A stretch of 63,130 bases of DNA, the filler included, from Octopus bimaculoides (lineage: Eukaryota), in NCBI RefSeq assembly GCF_001194135.2. It is 6 parts of 6 records of this genome, joined end to end, with 100 filler letters (N's around TTAATTAATTAA, not from the genome) between each part and the next. Parts side by side here need not be neighbours in the genome. Positions count along the whole stretch, not along the records: positions 17,287 to 26,488 come from NC_068996.1; positions 26,589 to 37,898 come from NC_068984.1; 4 more parts are not named here. One strand, given 5' to 3'. A program made the translations under genes and the position numbers. The notes below the pieces were generated by a model. That model did no database searches and was not told the DNA's origin. It saw only the letters and a list, made by a program, of their open reading frames with translations. Below, piece by piece: positions 24,820 to 37,565 of the stretch; the stretch's first letter is position 1; each line of letters begins with the position of its first letter.

Positions 24820-25010
24820 CCATCCAGTGCTTGACAACCGGTGTTCCTTTGTTTATGTCCCTTTAACTTGGTGGTTTGGCAAAAGAACCGACAGAATAAG
24901 TACCAAACTTTAAAAGGTACTGGGGGTCGAGTTGTTTGACTAAACCCTTCAAGGAGGTGCTCCTGCATGGTCGTAGTTCAACGACTGAATCCAATAAAAG
25001 ATGAAGGTCT
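24820..25010 (+). mobile_element. SINE family B 3' half
   Basis: cttgacaaccggtg...gacagaataagtacc...gggtcga matches other family B copies. Confidence 0.75.
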
Positions 25011-25089
25011 AAACATGTGTGTATACGACAACCAGTGCAGTTCTGTAGAACCAGATCTATTAGTGACCTACTTACTTTAGCTATCTACC

Positions 25090-25720
25090 AAATGGGTTCT
25101 AGCTTTTGAGGAATTTGGTGAATGCAATATGATTGGCTTCGGCATCAATAAGCCTCTCCACCACGTCTAGATTGGGAATCTCCTATCAAAACGTTTTTCT
25201 GCTGATGGGCCCCACCCATCATTCATATATTTACCTAGTATTCTCCTGAGAGGTTGCCACGTATGTTGACGAAGCTCATCCTCCAACCTCGTTTTATCGG
25301 CCCTCATGAGCCCCAGGATTCGGATTTGTTCTCCATTTTCTTCTTTATTTTCTATATATCAATGACTTCCTTTTCCCCACATTCAACAATATCCCCTGTT
25401 AGGCAGATGTCAGTGCCCTTCATTTCCCTCTAACATTCCCCAATCATACATTATCCACTTGCAACCCATACCTGACACGCCAAACACAAACTGAATGTAT
25501 GAACAAAGTTTATTTCTTTCTATAGCAAGAAAACACAAACGCTACTCATATCAAGAAAAAGAGTATTGGGCTTTCACCTGGGATGGCGGTGTTGATGCAA
25601 ACATAGACTTTCTAAACTACATCCAAAAGAGGGGCATCCGACTGTTTAGCATAAAGTTATTCGCCACATGCACACACCAGCCAGCTTCTAGGCCAAAGGC
25701 GTACTGTCTCTTGTCATTAC
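25090..25720 (+). pseudogene. CR1/L2-group LINE reverse transcriptase fossil
   Basis: LYFLYINDFLFPTFNNIPC*ADVSALHF resembles LFLLYINDL...YADDSTL, preceded by a PQDS (PQGS-like) remnant. Confidence 0.6.
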
Positions 25721-26149
25721 TGATAGGGCCTCTGTTTCTTATATATATATACATATAATTTAGGCTGCTATATATTTATATATATAATTTCCTGCTGACC
25801 GACGACGGTATAAGCCAACTGGCATGGTTTGAAGTCGATCAATTAATCAACGAAATTAATGACTGTACCGCTCTTACAGACATAATAATAATATCACAGT
25901 AAATTCTATTAAGATAACAGTAATAATAATAGTTTGAAGTTCTAGCACAAGGCCAGTAAATTTAGGGAGTACAGATTTGTTGTATGAGTATACATTTTAT
26001 CATTTAAGTTTGCATGTTTTCGTAATAACTGAAGAGAACTTATTGATAAAGGAATTTCTTCATTATCAGTTGCAACTGAATTGAAATTGCACAGATCAAA
26101 ACATCCAGCACTTATTAAAAGTAATACATTTCTCCATCTATACTAAAGC

Positions 26150-26350
26150 GACGAACTGCCAGAGCGGTTAGAACGTTGGAAAAAAAATACATAGCCGTGT
26201 TTGTTCTGAGATCAAATCCCACCAGGGTCAGCTTAGCCATTCGTTCCTTCAGGGTCAATAGAATAGAGCACCAGTAAAATACTGGGCTCAGTTGTATTGA
26301 TTAACCTTCCCCCTTCAAAATTACTGACCTTGTGTCTAAATCTGAAATTA
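26150..26350 (+). mobile_element. SINE family A copy (diverged)
   Basis: cagagcggttagaacg...ccttcagggtcaatagaatagagcaccag...gaccttgtg. Confidence 0.65.
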
Positions 26351-26430
26351 TTACTCCATGATTACGGGGGGAAATGAGCACTTTAGTCGTTTTTCTTTTA
26401 TTTTGAATTGATATTGCTGGTGAAAAGTTT

Positions 26431-26488
<58 letters not shown>

Positions 26489-26588
26489 NNNNNNNNNNNN
26501 NNNNNNNNNNNNNNNNNNNNNNNNNNNNNNNNTTAATTAATTAANNNNNNNNNNNNNNNNNNNNNNNNNNNNNNNNNNNNNNNNNNNN

Positions 26589-26644
<56 letters not shown>

Positions 26645-26665
26645 AATATATATATATAGACACAG

Positions 26666-27710
26666 TTAGCTAAACTTATATAAATAATGTAATTTATGTC
26701 TACATTTAATTTTTCATTCATCAAAAGAATTAATCAAAGTATTATAATTATTTAATATCTCCTTAAATTCATTAGTACACAACTTACAAAAATTATTACC
26801 TATACGGTAGGATTTCGCCTTACAAACTATCTCTCAATGTAAAATGTACTTAATATTTTTAGATTTAAGTTCCCAAATATATTTACTAAGGCCAGTAGAA
26901 TTAATCAAATTTCTTTTCTTAAAGGAGTGCATATGTTGAGCCACCCGTAATTTAATTTTATTAGAAGTCGATGCTATGTAAATCTTATTTAAACCAACAT
27001 TATTAGTAGTAGAATAACCTACACCCAAATTATTATTGAAAAAGATATTATAATATTTTTTATTATCTCTAAGGAATATATATCAATAGCTTTTAAAATT
27101 TCTTTAATAATGTTAGTTTTAACTTGAACGCCATATGGAATGATTAGCCAAAGTTTGTTCTTATTATAGATATTTTTATATTTATTATGTATATTATTAA
27201 ATTTATTATTATCATTAAAAGAATTAAATTTAAATCTATTATTGTCTCCATTACAATTATGTTTATGTAATTAATTATCATAATACCTATTACTCTTACC
27301 ATAATTACCTAAATAAACTTTATCATAATTATAAAGGTTATATTTATTAAATAGATCGTTAAGATTATAATCATTACTAATAAAATTATAATTATACTTC
27401 GGATTATTAAAAAATTTAATATCATCAGTATATCCCGCCTCGCGAAGGGCTTTATTGTAATAAGGTGCATGTTTTTCAAAGATCTCTAAATTGAATGAAA
27501 GTAATGATATTTTCTTACCTATAGTAAATGTTAATGATTTCTTAATTGAGGGTGGGTGATTACTTTTCGCATGAATGTATTTAATATTTTCATTAGTCTT
27601 ACGGTAAGGTTGGGTATTACCTGTAGATAAGTTAAAATTAGCATCTAAATAATTTATATTATAGTTCTCATAGTTAAGTTCATGAACTTTGGTTCTTTTC
27701 TCTAAAATTA
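26666..27710 (-). mobile_element. Penelope-like element fossil 1 (RT thumb plus GIY-YIG endonuclease)
   Basis: YLDANFNLSTG...PYRK..E...YIH.KSNHPPSI; KIYIASTSNKIKLRVAQHMHSF...STGLSKYIWELK; FCKLCTNE...LIN...KCRH. Confidence 0.88.
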
Positions 27711-27724
27711 AATTATATATATAG

Positions 27725-27766
<42 letters not shown>

Positions 27767-27904
27767 ATACACATATATAGAGGTAATTATGTAGACAAAC
27801 AAATTAGATATATCAAATATAACAATTTGGGTATGAAATACAAAAAGGCGGTGCTCCAGCATGGCCACAGTCAAATGACTAAAACAAATAAAAGAATGAT
27901 AGAA

Positions 27905-29975
27905 CAAAAGAATGTATGCAAAACAAAATAAGGCAAAGACTGAAGAGTTTCAAACAATGATTATTTAAGTATAAATACATAGATATTTATATGACAGAGT
28001 ACAAATTACAGAAAAAATTAAAGGGGAAAAAGTAGGGTGTTATAAGTCCAACAGCTGTTTCTGGGGGCTTGGAGACCATCATAATGTTGGTAGATGCAGT
28101 TCATCACAATAAGCAGGCTGTAATGGAAGCAATCAATATTGAATAAATTGAGCCTCCATCATCAAGGTAGAAAAGATCTTACATTTCAGATCTCAATGCA
28201 GAGAAGTTTAAAGGTAGAATGATCAAATATGTAGAGCAAGCAGTATTGGAGCGATGAAGTAGAAGGCTCAGTGGGGTTATGGGGAGTGTTGAGATAGAAA
28301 AGGGTAAGAGGAAATAAAGGAGCTAGTTAAGGAAGAGGGAGGGGTGTTAAGAATGAGGGTATTAGGGAGGTAGTAGTAGAGGTGAAGAGTTGGGAGATGA
28401 GTGAGAGAGGTGAGAGAGGAAGTAATCAAGGGGTGATTAGTTGTGTTGGGTTTGTGAATAGGTGTCAAAGTTTAAGGATAATAATTATAGTACTATGGGA
28501 AGTTGAGATAGAGAGAAAAGGAATGATAATTATTTGAGGGAGGGAAAGTATCTAATTTATAGATGGTTATAGGGTGGCTAAATGGGGGATTTGAAGAGAG
28601 AAATTAGTTTGGTGGTGAAGGGAAATTACTAAGGTATGAGAGAAGATAGAGGTAGTATTATAATGTAGATGGCTTGATGGTGGAGGGGGAGTACTGAGGT
28701 ATGCAGAGATATATGAAATTGAAAAGAGGGAGGGAGAGGTTGATAGGTTAGTAGCTAAGAGAGTGGGGTAGTTGTAAGTGCTTTGGGTTGAAGAGGAGAT
28801 ATGAGAGAAGAGAGAAAGAATACAATTTGTGATGATGGGGAGGCTGTGAGGGAGGCGAGATGTGGTGGGTAAGAGGAATGTGCAAAGGTAATCAGGAGAT
28901 AGAATAATTTAGTAGACTGGGTTGTATTAGCGGAGGCAGTAAGTTGCTAGGTTGACCTAGCTGTACCCCAAGCTTAATTATAATAAAGGATAATGGTAGG
29001 GGATTACATAGATTTAATAAAATGGGCAAATGATGAGTAGAATCTTGTTTATAAAAGAGTATTACATCTGAGAATCTATTGAGTAATGAGGGGTTGTGGT
29101 TGTGAAGAATGGTTAGTGATTCTCTTAAACACAATGCCGAAGTTAGTGTTGTATGGGGAGGGGTCTCACTTACAATGGACCAGGATAGTGTATAGGGAAC
29201 ATTTTGGGATTTGAGGTTGTGTATATATGTTGTTAAGGAGGTAGATAATTTAGAATTTGGATTGGAAAAAGAGTTCATGCATACATGGTAGATAGGAAGG
29301 CTTGTAGTCATTATAGCTTTGAGATGGTAATGGAGCTGTCGAGTACAATGCATAGGGTTTTTTTTAAGGGTTGATGGATTGTTGTTGAGTGAAAGAAAGC
29401 GCAGTGGATCTGGGGTTAGTACTGGGGAAGAGATGTGAAATTTTTGTTTTTAGTGTTGGGGATATAAGAGAACTTTTTAAGAAACCACTAATCTGGAGAG
29501 CTTGATTATAATATGGGGCATGATTGTTAAAAAGGTCTTAATTAGCAAATAAGTTGCAGATTCTAATAGAAATACCTTTGACTATACCATTAAGGGTAAG
29601 TGTAGGGTGATTGGATAGGACATTGGTATACTGTAATGATCGAATGAGTTAATGGAAAGGGTGATATAGATTTGTATTTAAGTCCAGAGTAATGTCTAAG
29701 AAATTGGACACTTTACTGGTTTTCAAATGAGATACTTAGCTTATAATTTTAAAGAGTTTATGGAGGGCTTTCTTGGTGCATTCAACAGATCAAGATAAAC
29801 CAGTCACTGTAAGGAATGTTTCATCTCTGTAGAGCCTTCTGGAGAAGTTGGGGAAGTGTTTAATTTGGGAATGAAGAAATAGGCCAACTAGGTCAGTAGC
29901 TTGGGCTGGGTCAGAAAAGCCAATGGTCATATCAAAGAAATCAGTGGATGAGTTGTGGGTCCAGTAATTATCTTA
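27905..29975 (-). mobile_element. Penelope-like element fossil 2 (RT core, GIY-YIG C-terminus, pyrimidine-rich tail)
   Basis: FFDMTIGFSDPAQATDLVGLFL...LYRDE (FDVTMGS.DGAE..ELVG..YRDD type); STSLTTYIHNLKSQNVPYTLSWSIV...LCLRESLTIL...LLNR. Confidence 0.85.
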
Positions 29976-31049
29976 AAGTGAATCACACTAACCTCTATAT
30001 GTGTGAGTGTGTGTGTGTATGAATGCATGTATTCTGTGTGTGCATATGTGTGTGTGTGTATTTGTGTATTTATGCTTTCAATTCAATATTTCAGCATTTG
30101 GATATCATCAAAAATTAAACTTTAGTTTGTAAACATTACCAATCAAGTGTTATTTTTGACACAAATTATGATTTCAAAAGTTTGTATTTTGTTTTTGACA
30201 AGAAATATATTGATTCTGAAGTCTGAAATTTTCAAAAATTATTGTATGTTGTAATCACTTTTAACAAATTAGATTGCATATATCATCTCAATGTAAGGCC
30301 AACATAGAAATATTTACCATAAAGAATCCCTTTTCATGAAAATCAAATTCAAAACTACACATACATATGTATATATATATGTATGTACAAATGTATAATT
30401 CATTTCTAATTTTATGATACTGAATATATGTTAATATTTCTGACTATTGATAAATATACCTAAGAGTAACATCTTTCCAACTCTAAGCTGAATATCATAA
30501 TGCAGATTAGTCCAATTACTTAACTCACTCACATATTAGGACACAGTGTGTACAAGCGATGACTGTTTTATGTGTGAGGAAAGTTTCGAATATGAAATGA
30601 TTAAAATCCACCAAATATATTCATTAATTATCAACATCTTTTGTGTTTTTAATAGTTTTACACATAGATTGTATCATTTATATTGCAAAATCAAAATCAT
30701 AAAAACCATTCAATGTTCATTCAGCTGGGTCACATAGTTTCATATTTAGACTAGTTATATTCCCTTTGATGGATAACTTTACACTTCTGAAAAGAAATAA
30801 AAGGAATGATTTGAAATGATATAGAAATATGTGAATTTTATTTCATATTTAAAATTACTAGGTTTAAATTTTAACTTACATGTACATCAAATTAATTATA
30901 CTGCACATTAAAAGATACTTTCAGTTAACTATAACAAATAATACCAAATCATAATCAAAGCAAATGGATGTCTAGCTACATTGTAAATGTTCACTATAGC
31001 AAAATAAAGACACCACAACATCAATATAAAAAAACAACATAATCATGGA

Positions 31050-31091
31050 TTATGCTAGTACTGGTTGACTCCTACTTTCTCCTCCTCTGAT
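31050..31091 (-). CDS. Candidate terminal coding exon of an unidentified gene (IRGGESRSQPVLA* or SEEEKVGVNQY*)
   Basis: Strong acceptor ttttttctgtttttacag at 31092; all three frames stop within 42 nt; followed by about 1 kb of unique AT-rich sequence containing AATAAA. No upstream exon identified. Confidence 0.3.
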   Translation of the reverse strand: MRGGESRSQPVLA

Positions 31092-31261
31092 CTGTAAAAA
31101 CAGAAAAAAATTAAACTTATATCCTGTGAGAAACTATGCACTGAGCATTGTCACTTATTGCATAGGCATACCATACTCAGAGATCACCTATATAACAAAA
31201 CAAAAATGGCAAAAAAGAAATAATACAATAAAAATTATTTAGAAAAAGAGAAAATTCAATT

Positions 31262-34200
31262 CAAGCAAGCCATTTCTTTGTTGCTGTTTCGACTTTCTTA
31301 TTGTGAAGCTAGCCATTCTTATGTGTTTCTTTATTTCACTATTGTCCTTTGCTGATATTTTCTTGTGGCAAAGCTAGCCATTTCTTTGCTATTGGTTAAA
31401 TTTTCTAGAGGCAATGTTAGCAATTTCTTTGCTGTTGTTTCAATTTTCTGCAGGCAGGGTTAGCCATTCTCATGTGTTTCTATCATTCTTTGCTTCACTA
31501 CTGTCATTTCCTGCTATTTCAATCTTGTGGTGAAGCTAACCATTTCTTTGCAGCTATTTTGATTTTCTTGTGGTGAAGCTAGCCATTTATTTGCTGCTAT
31601 TTCGATTATCTTGTGAAGCTAGCCATTCACATGTGCTTCAAACATTCTTTGCTTCACTATTGTCCTTTGCTGCTATTTTGATTTTCTTGTTGCAAAATAA
31701 TAGCCATTCTCATGTTCTTCTATCGTTCCCTGATTCACTATTGTTCTTTGCTGCAGTTTCATTTTTCATGCAGAAAAGCTAGCCATTTCTTTGCTGCTAT
31801 TTTGATTCTCTTGCTGTCAAGCTAACCAGACATTTTCATGTGTTTCTATCATTCTTTGCTTCACTACTGTACTTTGCTGTGATTTCAATTTTCTTGTAGC
31901 GAAGCTAGTCATTTCTTTGCTGCTATTTTGATTTTCTTGTGGTGAAGCTAGCCATTTCTTTCCTGCTGTTTCAATTTTCTATTGGCAATTCTCATGTTTC
32001 CATCATTCTTTCTTTCACTATTGTCCTTTGCTGCTATTTCGATTTTCTTGTGACGAAGCTTGCCATTTCTTTGCTGCTGTTTCAATTTTCTTGTAGTCAA
32101 GCTACCCATTCTCATGTGTTTCCATCATTCCTTGCTTCACTATTGTCCTTTGCAGCTGTTTCAATATTCTTGTGCCCAAGCTAGCCATTTTTTTTTGCTG
32201 CTACTTTGATTTTCTTCTGGCAAAGCTAGCCAGTTCTTTGCTGCTGTTTCAATTTCCTTGTGGCAAAAATAGCAATCTCTTTGCTACTATTTTGATTTTC
32301 TCATGGCAAAGCTAGCCATTTCTTTCCTGCTATTTTCATGTTCTTGTGGCGAAACTAGCCATTTCTTTCCTTTTATTTTGATTTTTTTATCGCGAAGCTT
32401 GCCATTTTTTGCCACTATTGTGATTTTCTTGAGGTGAAGCTAGCCATTCCTATGTGTTTCAATCACTTTTTGATTCACCATTGTCCTTTGCTGCTATTTC
32501 AATTTTCTTCTTGCAAAGCTTGCCATTTCTTTGCTGCAATTTCGAATTTCGTGTGGCAAAGATTGCCTTTTCTTTGCTGCTGTTTCAATTTTCTTGTGGC
32601 GAAGCTCGCAATTCTCATGTGTTTCTATCATTCTTTCTTTCACCACTGTCCTTTGTTGCTATTTCAATTTTCTTGTAGCAAAGCTAACCATTTATTTGCT
32701 GGTATTTCGATTTTCTTCTTGCAAAGCTAGCCATTCTCATGTGTTTCTATTATTCTTTGCTTTACTATTGTCCTTTTCTGCTTTTTCGATTCTCTTGTGG
32801 CAAAACTAGCTAGTTCTTTACAGCTGTTTCGATTTTCTTGTGGCAAAGCTAGTCATTTCTTTGCTGCTATTTTGATTTTCTGCTATTTCAATTTCTTTGT
32901 GGTGAAGCTAGCCACTTCTTTGCTGCGATTTCAATTTTGTGGCAAAACTAGCCATCTCTTTCCTGCTATTTTGAATTTGTTGTGGCAAAGCTAGCCATGG
33001 CATTTCAGCTATTTTGATTTTCTTGTGGAAAACCTAGCCACTTCTTTGCCACTATTTTGATTTTCTTGTGGTGACACTGGCCATTTCTTTGCTGGTGTTT
33101 CCATATTCTTGTGGCGTAGCTAGCTATTCTCATGTGTGTCTATAGTTCTTTGCTTCACTATTGTCCTTTGGCACTATTTCAACTTTCTTGTGTTGAAGCT
33201 AGCCATTTCTTTGCTGGTGTTTTGATTTTTCTTGTTGCGAAGCTAGCCATTCCAGTGTGTTTCTATCATTCTTTCCATCACTATTGTCCTTAGCTGTTAT
33301 TTTTACTTTCTTTTGGCGAAGCTTGCCATTTCTTTGCTGCTGTTTTGATTTTCTTGCAATGGAACTACCCATTCTCATGTCTTTCTAGCGTTCTTTGCAG
33401 CTATTTCAACTTTCTTTTAGTGAAACCAGGCATTTCTTTGCTGCTATCTTGATTTTTTATGGTGAAGCTAGCCATTTCTTTGTTACTGTTTCAATTTTCT
33501 TGTAGCAAAGCTAGCCATTTCATTGCTGCTAGTTTGATTTTCTTGTGACAAAGCTAGCACTTCTCATGTGTTTCTATCATTCTATGCGCCACTATGGTCC
33601 TTTGCTGCTATTTTGATTTTCTTGTGGGGAAGCTAGCCATTTCTTTCCTGCTGATTTGATTTTCTTGTTGCAAAGAAAGCCATTCTCATGTTTTCATATC
33701 ATTCTTTTCATCCTTATTGCCCCTTACTGCTATTTTGACTTTCTTGTGGCAAAGCTAGCCATTTCTAGGCTGCTATTTTGACGTTTTTGTGGCAAAGCTA
33801 GCTATCCTCATGTGTTTCTATCATTCTTTGCTTTACAATTGTCCTTTGCTGCTACTTTGATTTTCTTGTGGTGAAGCAAGCCATGTCATTGCTGCTATTT
33901 CGATTTTCTTGTGGTGAAGCTAGCCATTCTCATGTGTTTCTATAATTCTTTGATTCACTATTGTCCTTAGGCGCAATTTCAACTTTCTTGTGGTGAAGCT
34001 TACCATTTCTTTCATGCTGTTTGATTTTCTTGTTGTGAACCTAGCCATTCTCATGTGTTTCTATTATTCTTTCCTTCACTGTACTCCTTTGCTGCTATTT
34101 CGATTTTCTTGTGGTGATGCTAGTCATTTCTATGTTGCTGTTTCAATTTTCTCATTGCGAAGCTAGCCATTCTTATGTGTTTCTATCTTTCTTTGCTTCA

Positions 34201-34440
34201 CTATTTTCCTTTGCTGCTATTTTGACTTTCTTGTAGCAAAGCTAACCATTTCCAGGCCGCTATTTCGACTTTCTTGTAGCAAAGCTAACCATTTCTAGGC
34301 TGCTATTTCGACTTTCTTGTCGCGAAGTTAGATATTTCTTTGCTGCTATTTCAATTTTCTTGTGGCAAAGCTAGCCTTTACTTTGCTGCTATATTGATCT
34401 TCTTGTGGTGAAGCTAGCCATTTCTTTGCTGCTATTTCGA
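31262..34440. repeat. Composite satellite of interleaved 43-bp and 79-bp units
   Basis: Short unit gtggtgaagctagccatttctttgctgctattttgattttctt (starts 31527/31570 and 33868/33911); long unit adds 36 bp (33911 to 33990). Confidence 0.93.
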
Positions 34441-36089
34441 TGTGCACTGATACTATGTTTCTGGTAAGGCAGCTGCAGGAGAAATACATAGCCAAATATA
34501 AACCTCTGTACTTAGCTTTTATTGACTTAGAGAAAGCTTTTGACAGGTTCCTCCAATCCCTAATCTGGTGGTCAATGCAGAAGCTAGGGAAAGATGAGTG
34601 GTTGGTGAGAGCCATGCAAGCCTTGTACAGGGACACTACCAGTAAGGTGAGTATGAGCAACGAGTACAGTGAAGAATTCAGGGTACAAGTAGAGGTTCAC
34701 TAAGTATCAGTGCTCAGCTCCCTCTTGTTCATCATAGTCTTCCAGAGGAATTTAAGACAGGCTGCCCCTGGGAGCTCTTCTATGCTGATGACCTTGCTCT
34801 TATAGCTGAATCACTACCTGAACAAGAGAAGAAGTTCCAGGTATGGAAGGATGGTCTAGAATCAAAAGGCCTTAGAGTTAACCTAGCAAAAACCAACATC
34901 TTCTAAAGTAGGAAGGCCCTGCTCGATCTGCAGAAAAGCTGTAAGTAGAAACTCCATAAGATGCACCCAGTGCATGCTTTGGACACATAAAAGGTGCAGC
35001 AATAGCAGAGGAAGGTTAACAGGGAAATAGCTTTTGTATGTGGAAGATGCACACTGAAAATGTGCAGAAAATAGATTCCATCAACTACCAGGGGTGCAAG
35101 CTAGAGGTATTAGATAGCTTCCATTATCTAGGTGACCAAGTCAATTGTGAAGGTGGATGCTCCAAGAGAATAGCTGTGAGAATACAAATAAGCCGGCAAA
35201 GTTCAGGAAACTCCTACCCCTGCTGGCAACAAAGGGCCTCTTTCTCAGAGTGAAAGGCAGATTGTTTGATAACTGTATGCAAACAGCTATCCTGCATAGC
35301 AGTGAAACATTGTGCATGACAGTCAAGGACATGCACAGACTTGAAATAAACGAAGCCAGTATGCTGAAGCATACTGGATGTGCAATGTCAATGTACATGT
35401 TCAACAGAGTGCAAGCATCTTCACGGAAATGTTGGGCATCAGTGGTGTGCAAGAGAGACGACAGCACTGGTATGGTCATGTGATGTGTATGGACAAGGAC
35501 TGCTGTGTAAAGAAGTGCCAATCTCTAACTGTGGAGGGAACCTGTGGGAGAGGTGGACCCAGGAAAACATGGGATGAGATGGGGAAGCACAATCTTCAAA
35601 CTTTGAGCCTCACAGAGGTAATGACTAGTGACCAAGACTTTTGGCGATGTGCTGTGCTTGAGAGGATCCATCAAGCCAAGTGTGCCTGTGCTGGTGGCAC
35701 ATAAAGAATATCTTTTGAACGTTGGGCCTCACAGAAGCAAAGTGGCGAGGTTCCTTTCTAGTGTTAGGCCTCATGGAGGCAATGACCAAGACCTTTAGCA
35801 TTATGTTGTACTTGAGAAGAAGACCCATCAAGCCAAGCAAAATCAGATTTGTGACAGATACTGGGGCCATGCAAATTGGCACCTGTACCCCAGTCTTACA
35901 CAAATGGCATGTAAAAGCACCCATTACACTCTCAGAGTGCTTGACATTAGGTAGGGCATCCAGCCATAGAAAACCACGCCAAATCAGACTGGAGTCTGGT
36001 GTAATCTTCCATTGTGCCAGCCCAGTCAAACCGTGCAACTCATGCCAGCATGGACAAGACGTTAAATGATGATGATGATGATGATGATG

Positions 36090-36090
<1 letters not shown>
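34441..36090 (+). mobile_element. 5'-truncated RTE-clade LINE (RT, 3' UTR, (GAT)n tail), degenerate
   Basis: VRQLQEKY...LYLAFIDLEKAFDR; SVLSSLLF; FYADDLALIAES; GLESKGLRVNLAKT; WYGHVMCM; ends gacgttaaatgatgatgat. Confidence 0.92.
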
Positions 36091-36122
<32 letters not shown>

Positions 36123-36126
<4 letters not shown>

Positions 36127-36450
36127 TGCAGGCATGGCTGTGTGGTAAGAAGCTTGCTTCCTAACTATACGGTCTGGGCTGTTCCACTGCATGGCACCTT
36201 GGGTAAGTGTCTTCTAATATAACCTTGGGCCGACCAAAGCCTTGTGAGTGGGTTTGATAGATGGAAACTGAAAGAAACCAGTCATGCATGTGAGAGTGTG
36301 CATCCCTGTAAGTAAGAGTTTCAACAACAAGAGATTGATAGAATAAGTACCAGGCTTAAAAAAAGAAGTACTGGGATTGATTCATTTGATTAAAAATTCA
36401 AGGCAGTGCCCCAGCATGGTCACACTCTGAAACAAGTAAAAGATAAAAGA
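36123..36450 (+). mobile_element. tRNA-derived SINE family B
   Basis: ggtgcaggcatggctgtgtggtaag...ggcaccttgggtaagtgtcttc...gccttgtgagtgggtttgatagatggaaactgaaagaa...ccccagcatgg. Confidence 0.85.
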
Positions 36451-37094
36451 TATTAACAATACTGCTTTAGCTAAGGCTGGCTATCAAGAGATAATTCAAC
36501 ACATACAAGACACAGATATACACAACTCTGCCAATTCCCCCACTTATAATACACATTACATACCAACACAACGTTACAGTAAGCAAACAGACTCAGATCA
36601 AAAATACATGTCAAAAAGAATTGGTCAAGGCAATAGACCACAAATCAAAACTCATAGACATACACAACTCAATAAATATCACTGTTCATAACAATAAATT
36701 GTCCCAAATAAGTCAAACAACAAATATAGGAATCATGATGCCCTCTGGTACAACCCAATCCACATGTTTCAATAAAGATCGCTATGGAATTTTTTGCCGC
36801 TTTAGACAAATGTTTCCAAAAAACCAACTAGATACCATGCTATTTTTAATAGATACACAGTGAAGATACCATACACTAACTCTATTAATTTAGAGAAGCA
36901 TTTGCACCACATATACAACTAACGCTAGTAAATCTCATGCAGCAAAAAAACAAAATGCCTAATAATGAACCTCTGCATGAGTATGAATCTTGTATATAAA
37001 TGCGCCGTGCATTGACATTGGGCCAACAGCTGATCCATTCAAGAATTGTTGTTGCAAACATATCACCAGCTTCAAGAACATCGACAAAAAACAT

Positions 37095-37245
37095 TTGACA
37101 TCTTTGGCTGATTTTGTGTGCCTACCAGACTGGTAGGTGAATAGGTGACTGGCAAAGTTTCCGGAAGTTAGTATTACAGATCATAAGATCATTTGCATCA
37201 CAGAACTCCAGCAGCCTGGTTCCCTCCTCATTGTAGGAACAAAAT
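37095..37245 (-). mobile_element. RTE APE-endonuclease fragment
   Basis: NEEGTRLLEFCDANDLMICNTNFRK...HLFTYQSG. Confidence 0.8.
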
Positions 37246-37534
37246 TAATGTAGAAACTTAATTCCTTTTACTTCTCATTTCTTTCAACTTGTTGAATTTA
37301 TTTCTGTATATTAATGAAACTGTATTTTTTTTATGTGTAATGGTCAAACAAATATAATCTATATCTTCAACATACATGTATGTAATGAACGCATGTTCAG
37401 CGTCTTGGTATGATACATCATAACATTTACGCAGCCTAAACTAAGAGTTACGCTTAGTGATAAATACTTATAATTAAGTTATAAGTAACGAGATAATCAT
37501 TATAGCTTTTAATTAATAAACAATAATATTTGTT

Positions 37535-37565
37535 ACTAGCAGAAATACCCGGCTTTGCCTGGGTT
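37535..37565 (+). mobile_element. Possible Helitron-type terminus (ACTAG plus GC hairpin)
   Basis: actagcagaaatacccggctttgcctgggt resembles the ACTAG-N8-CCCGG...CCGGG starts of non-autonomous Helitrons; other end not found. Confidence 0.35.

Noticed and set aside
31262-34440. CRISPR-like array or repeat-protein gene interpretation of the satellite
   Set aside because: No unique spacers, no cas genes, eukaryotic context, and unit lengths of 43 and 79 break the reading frame.
36885-37094. 69-aa minus-strand ORF MFFVDVLEAGDMF... as a host exon
   Set aside because: No recognisable homology or splice signals; it directly follows an RTE endonuclease fragment.
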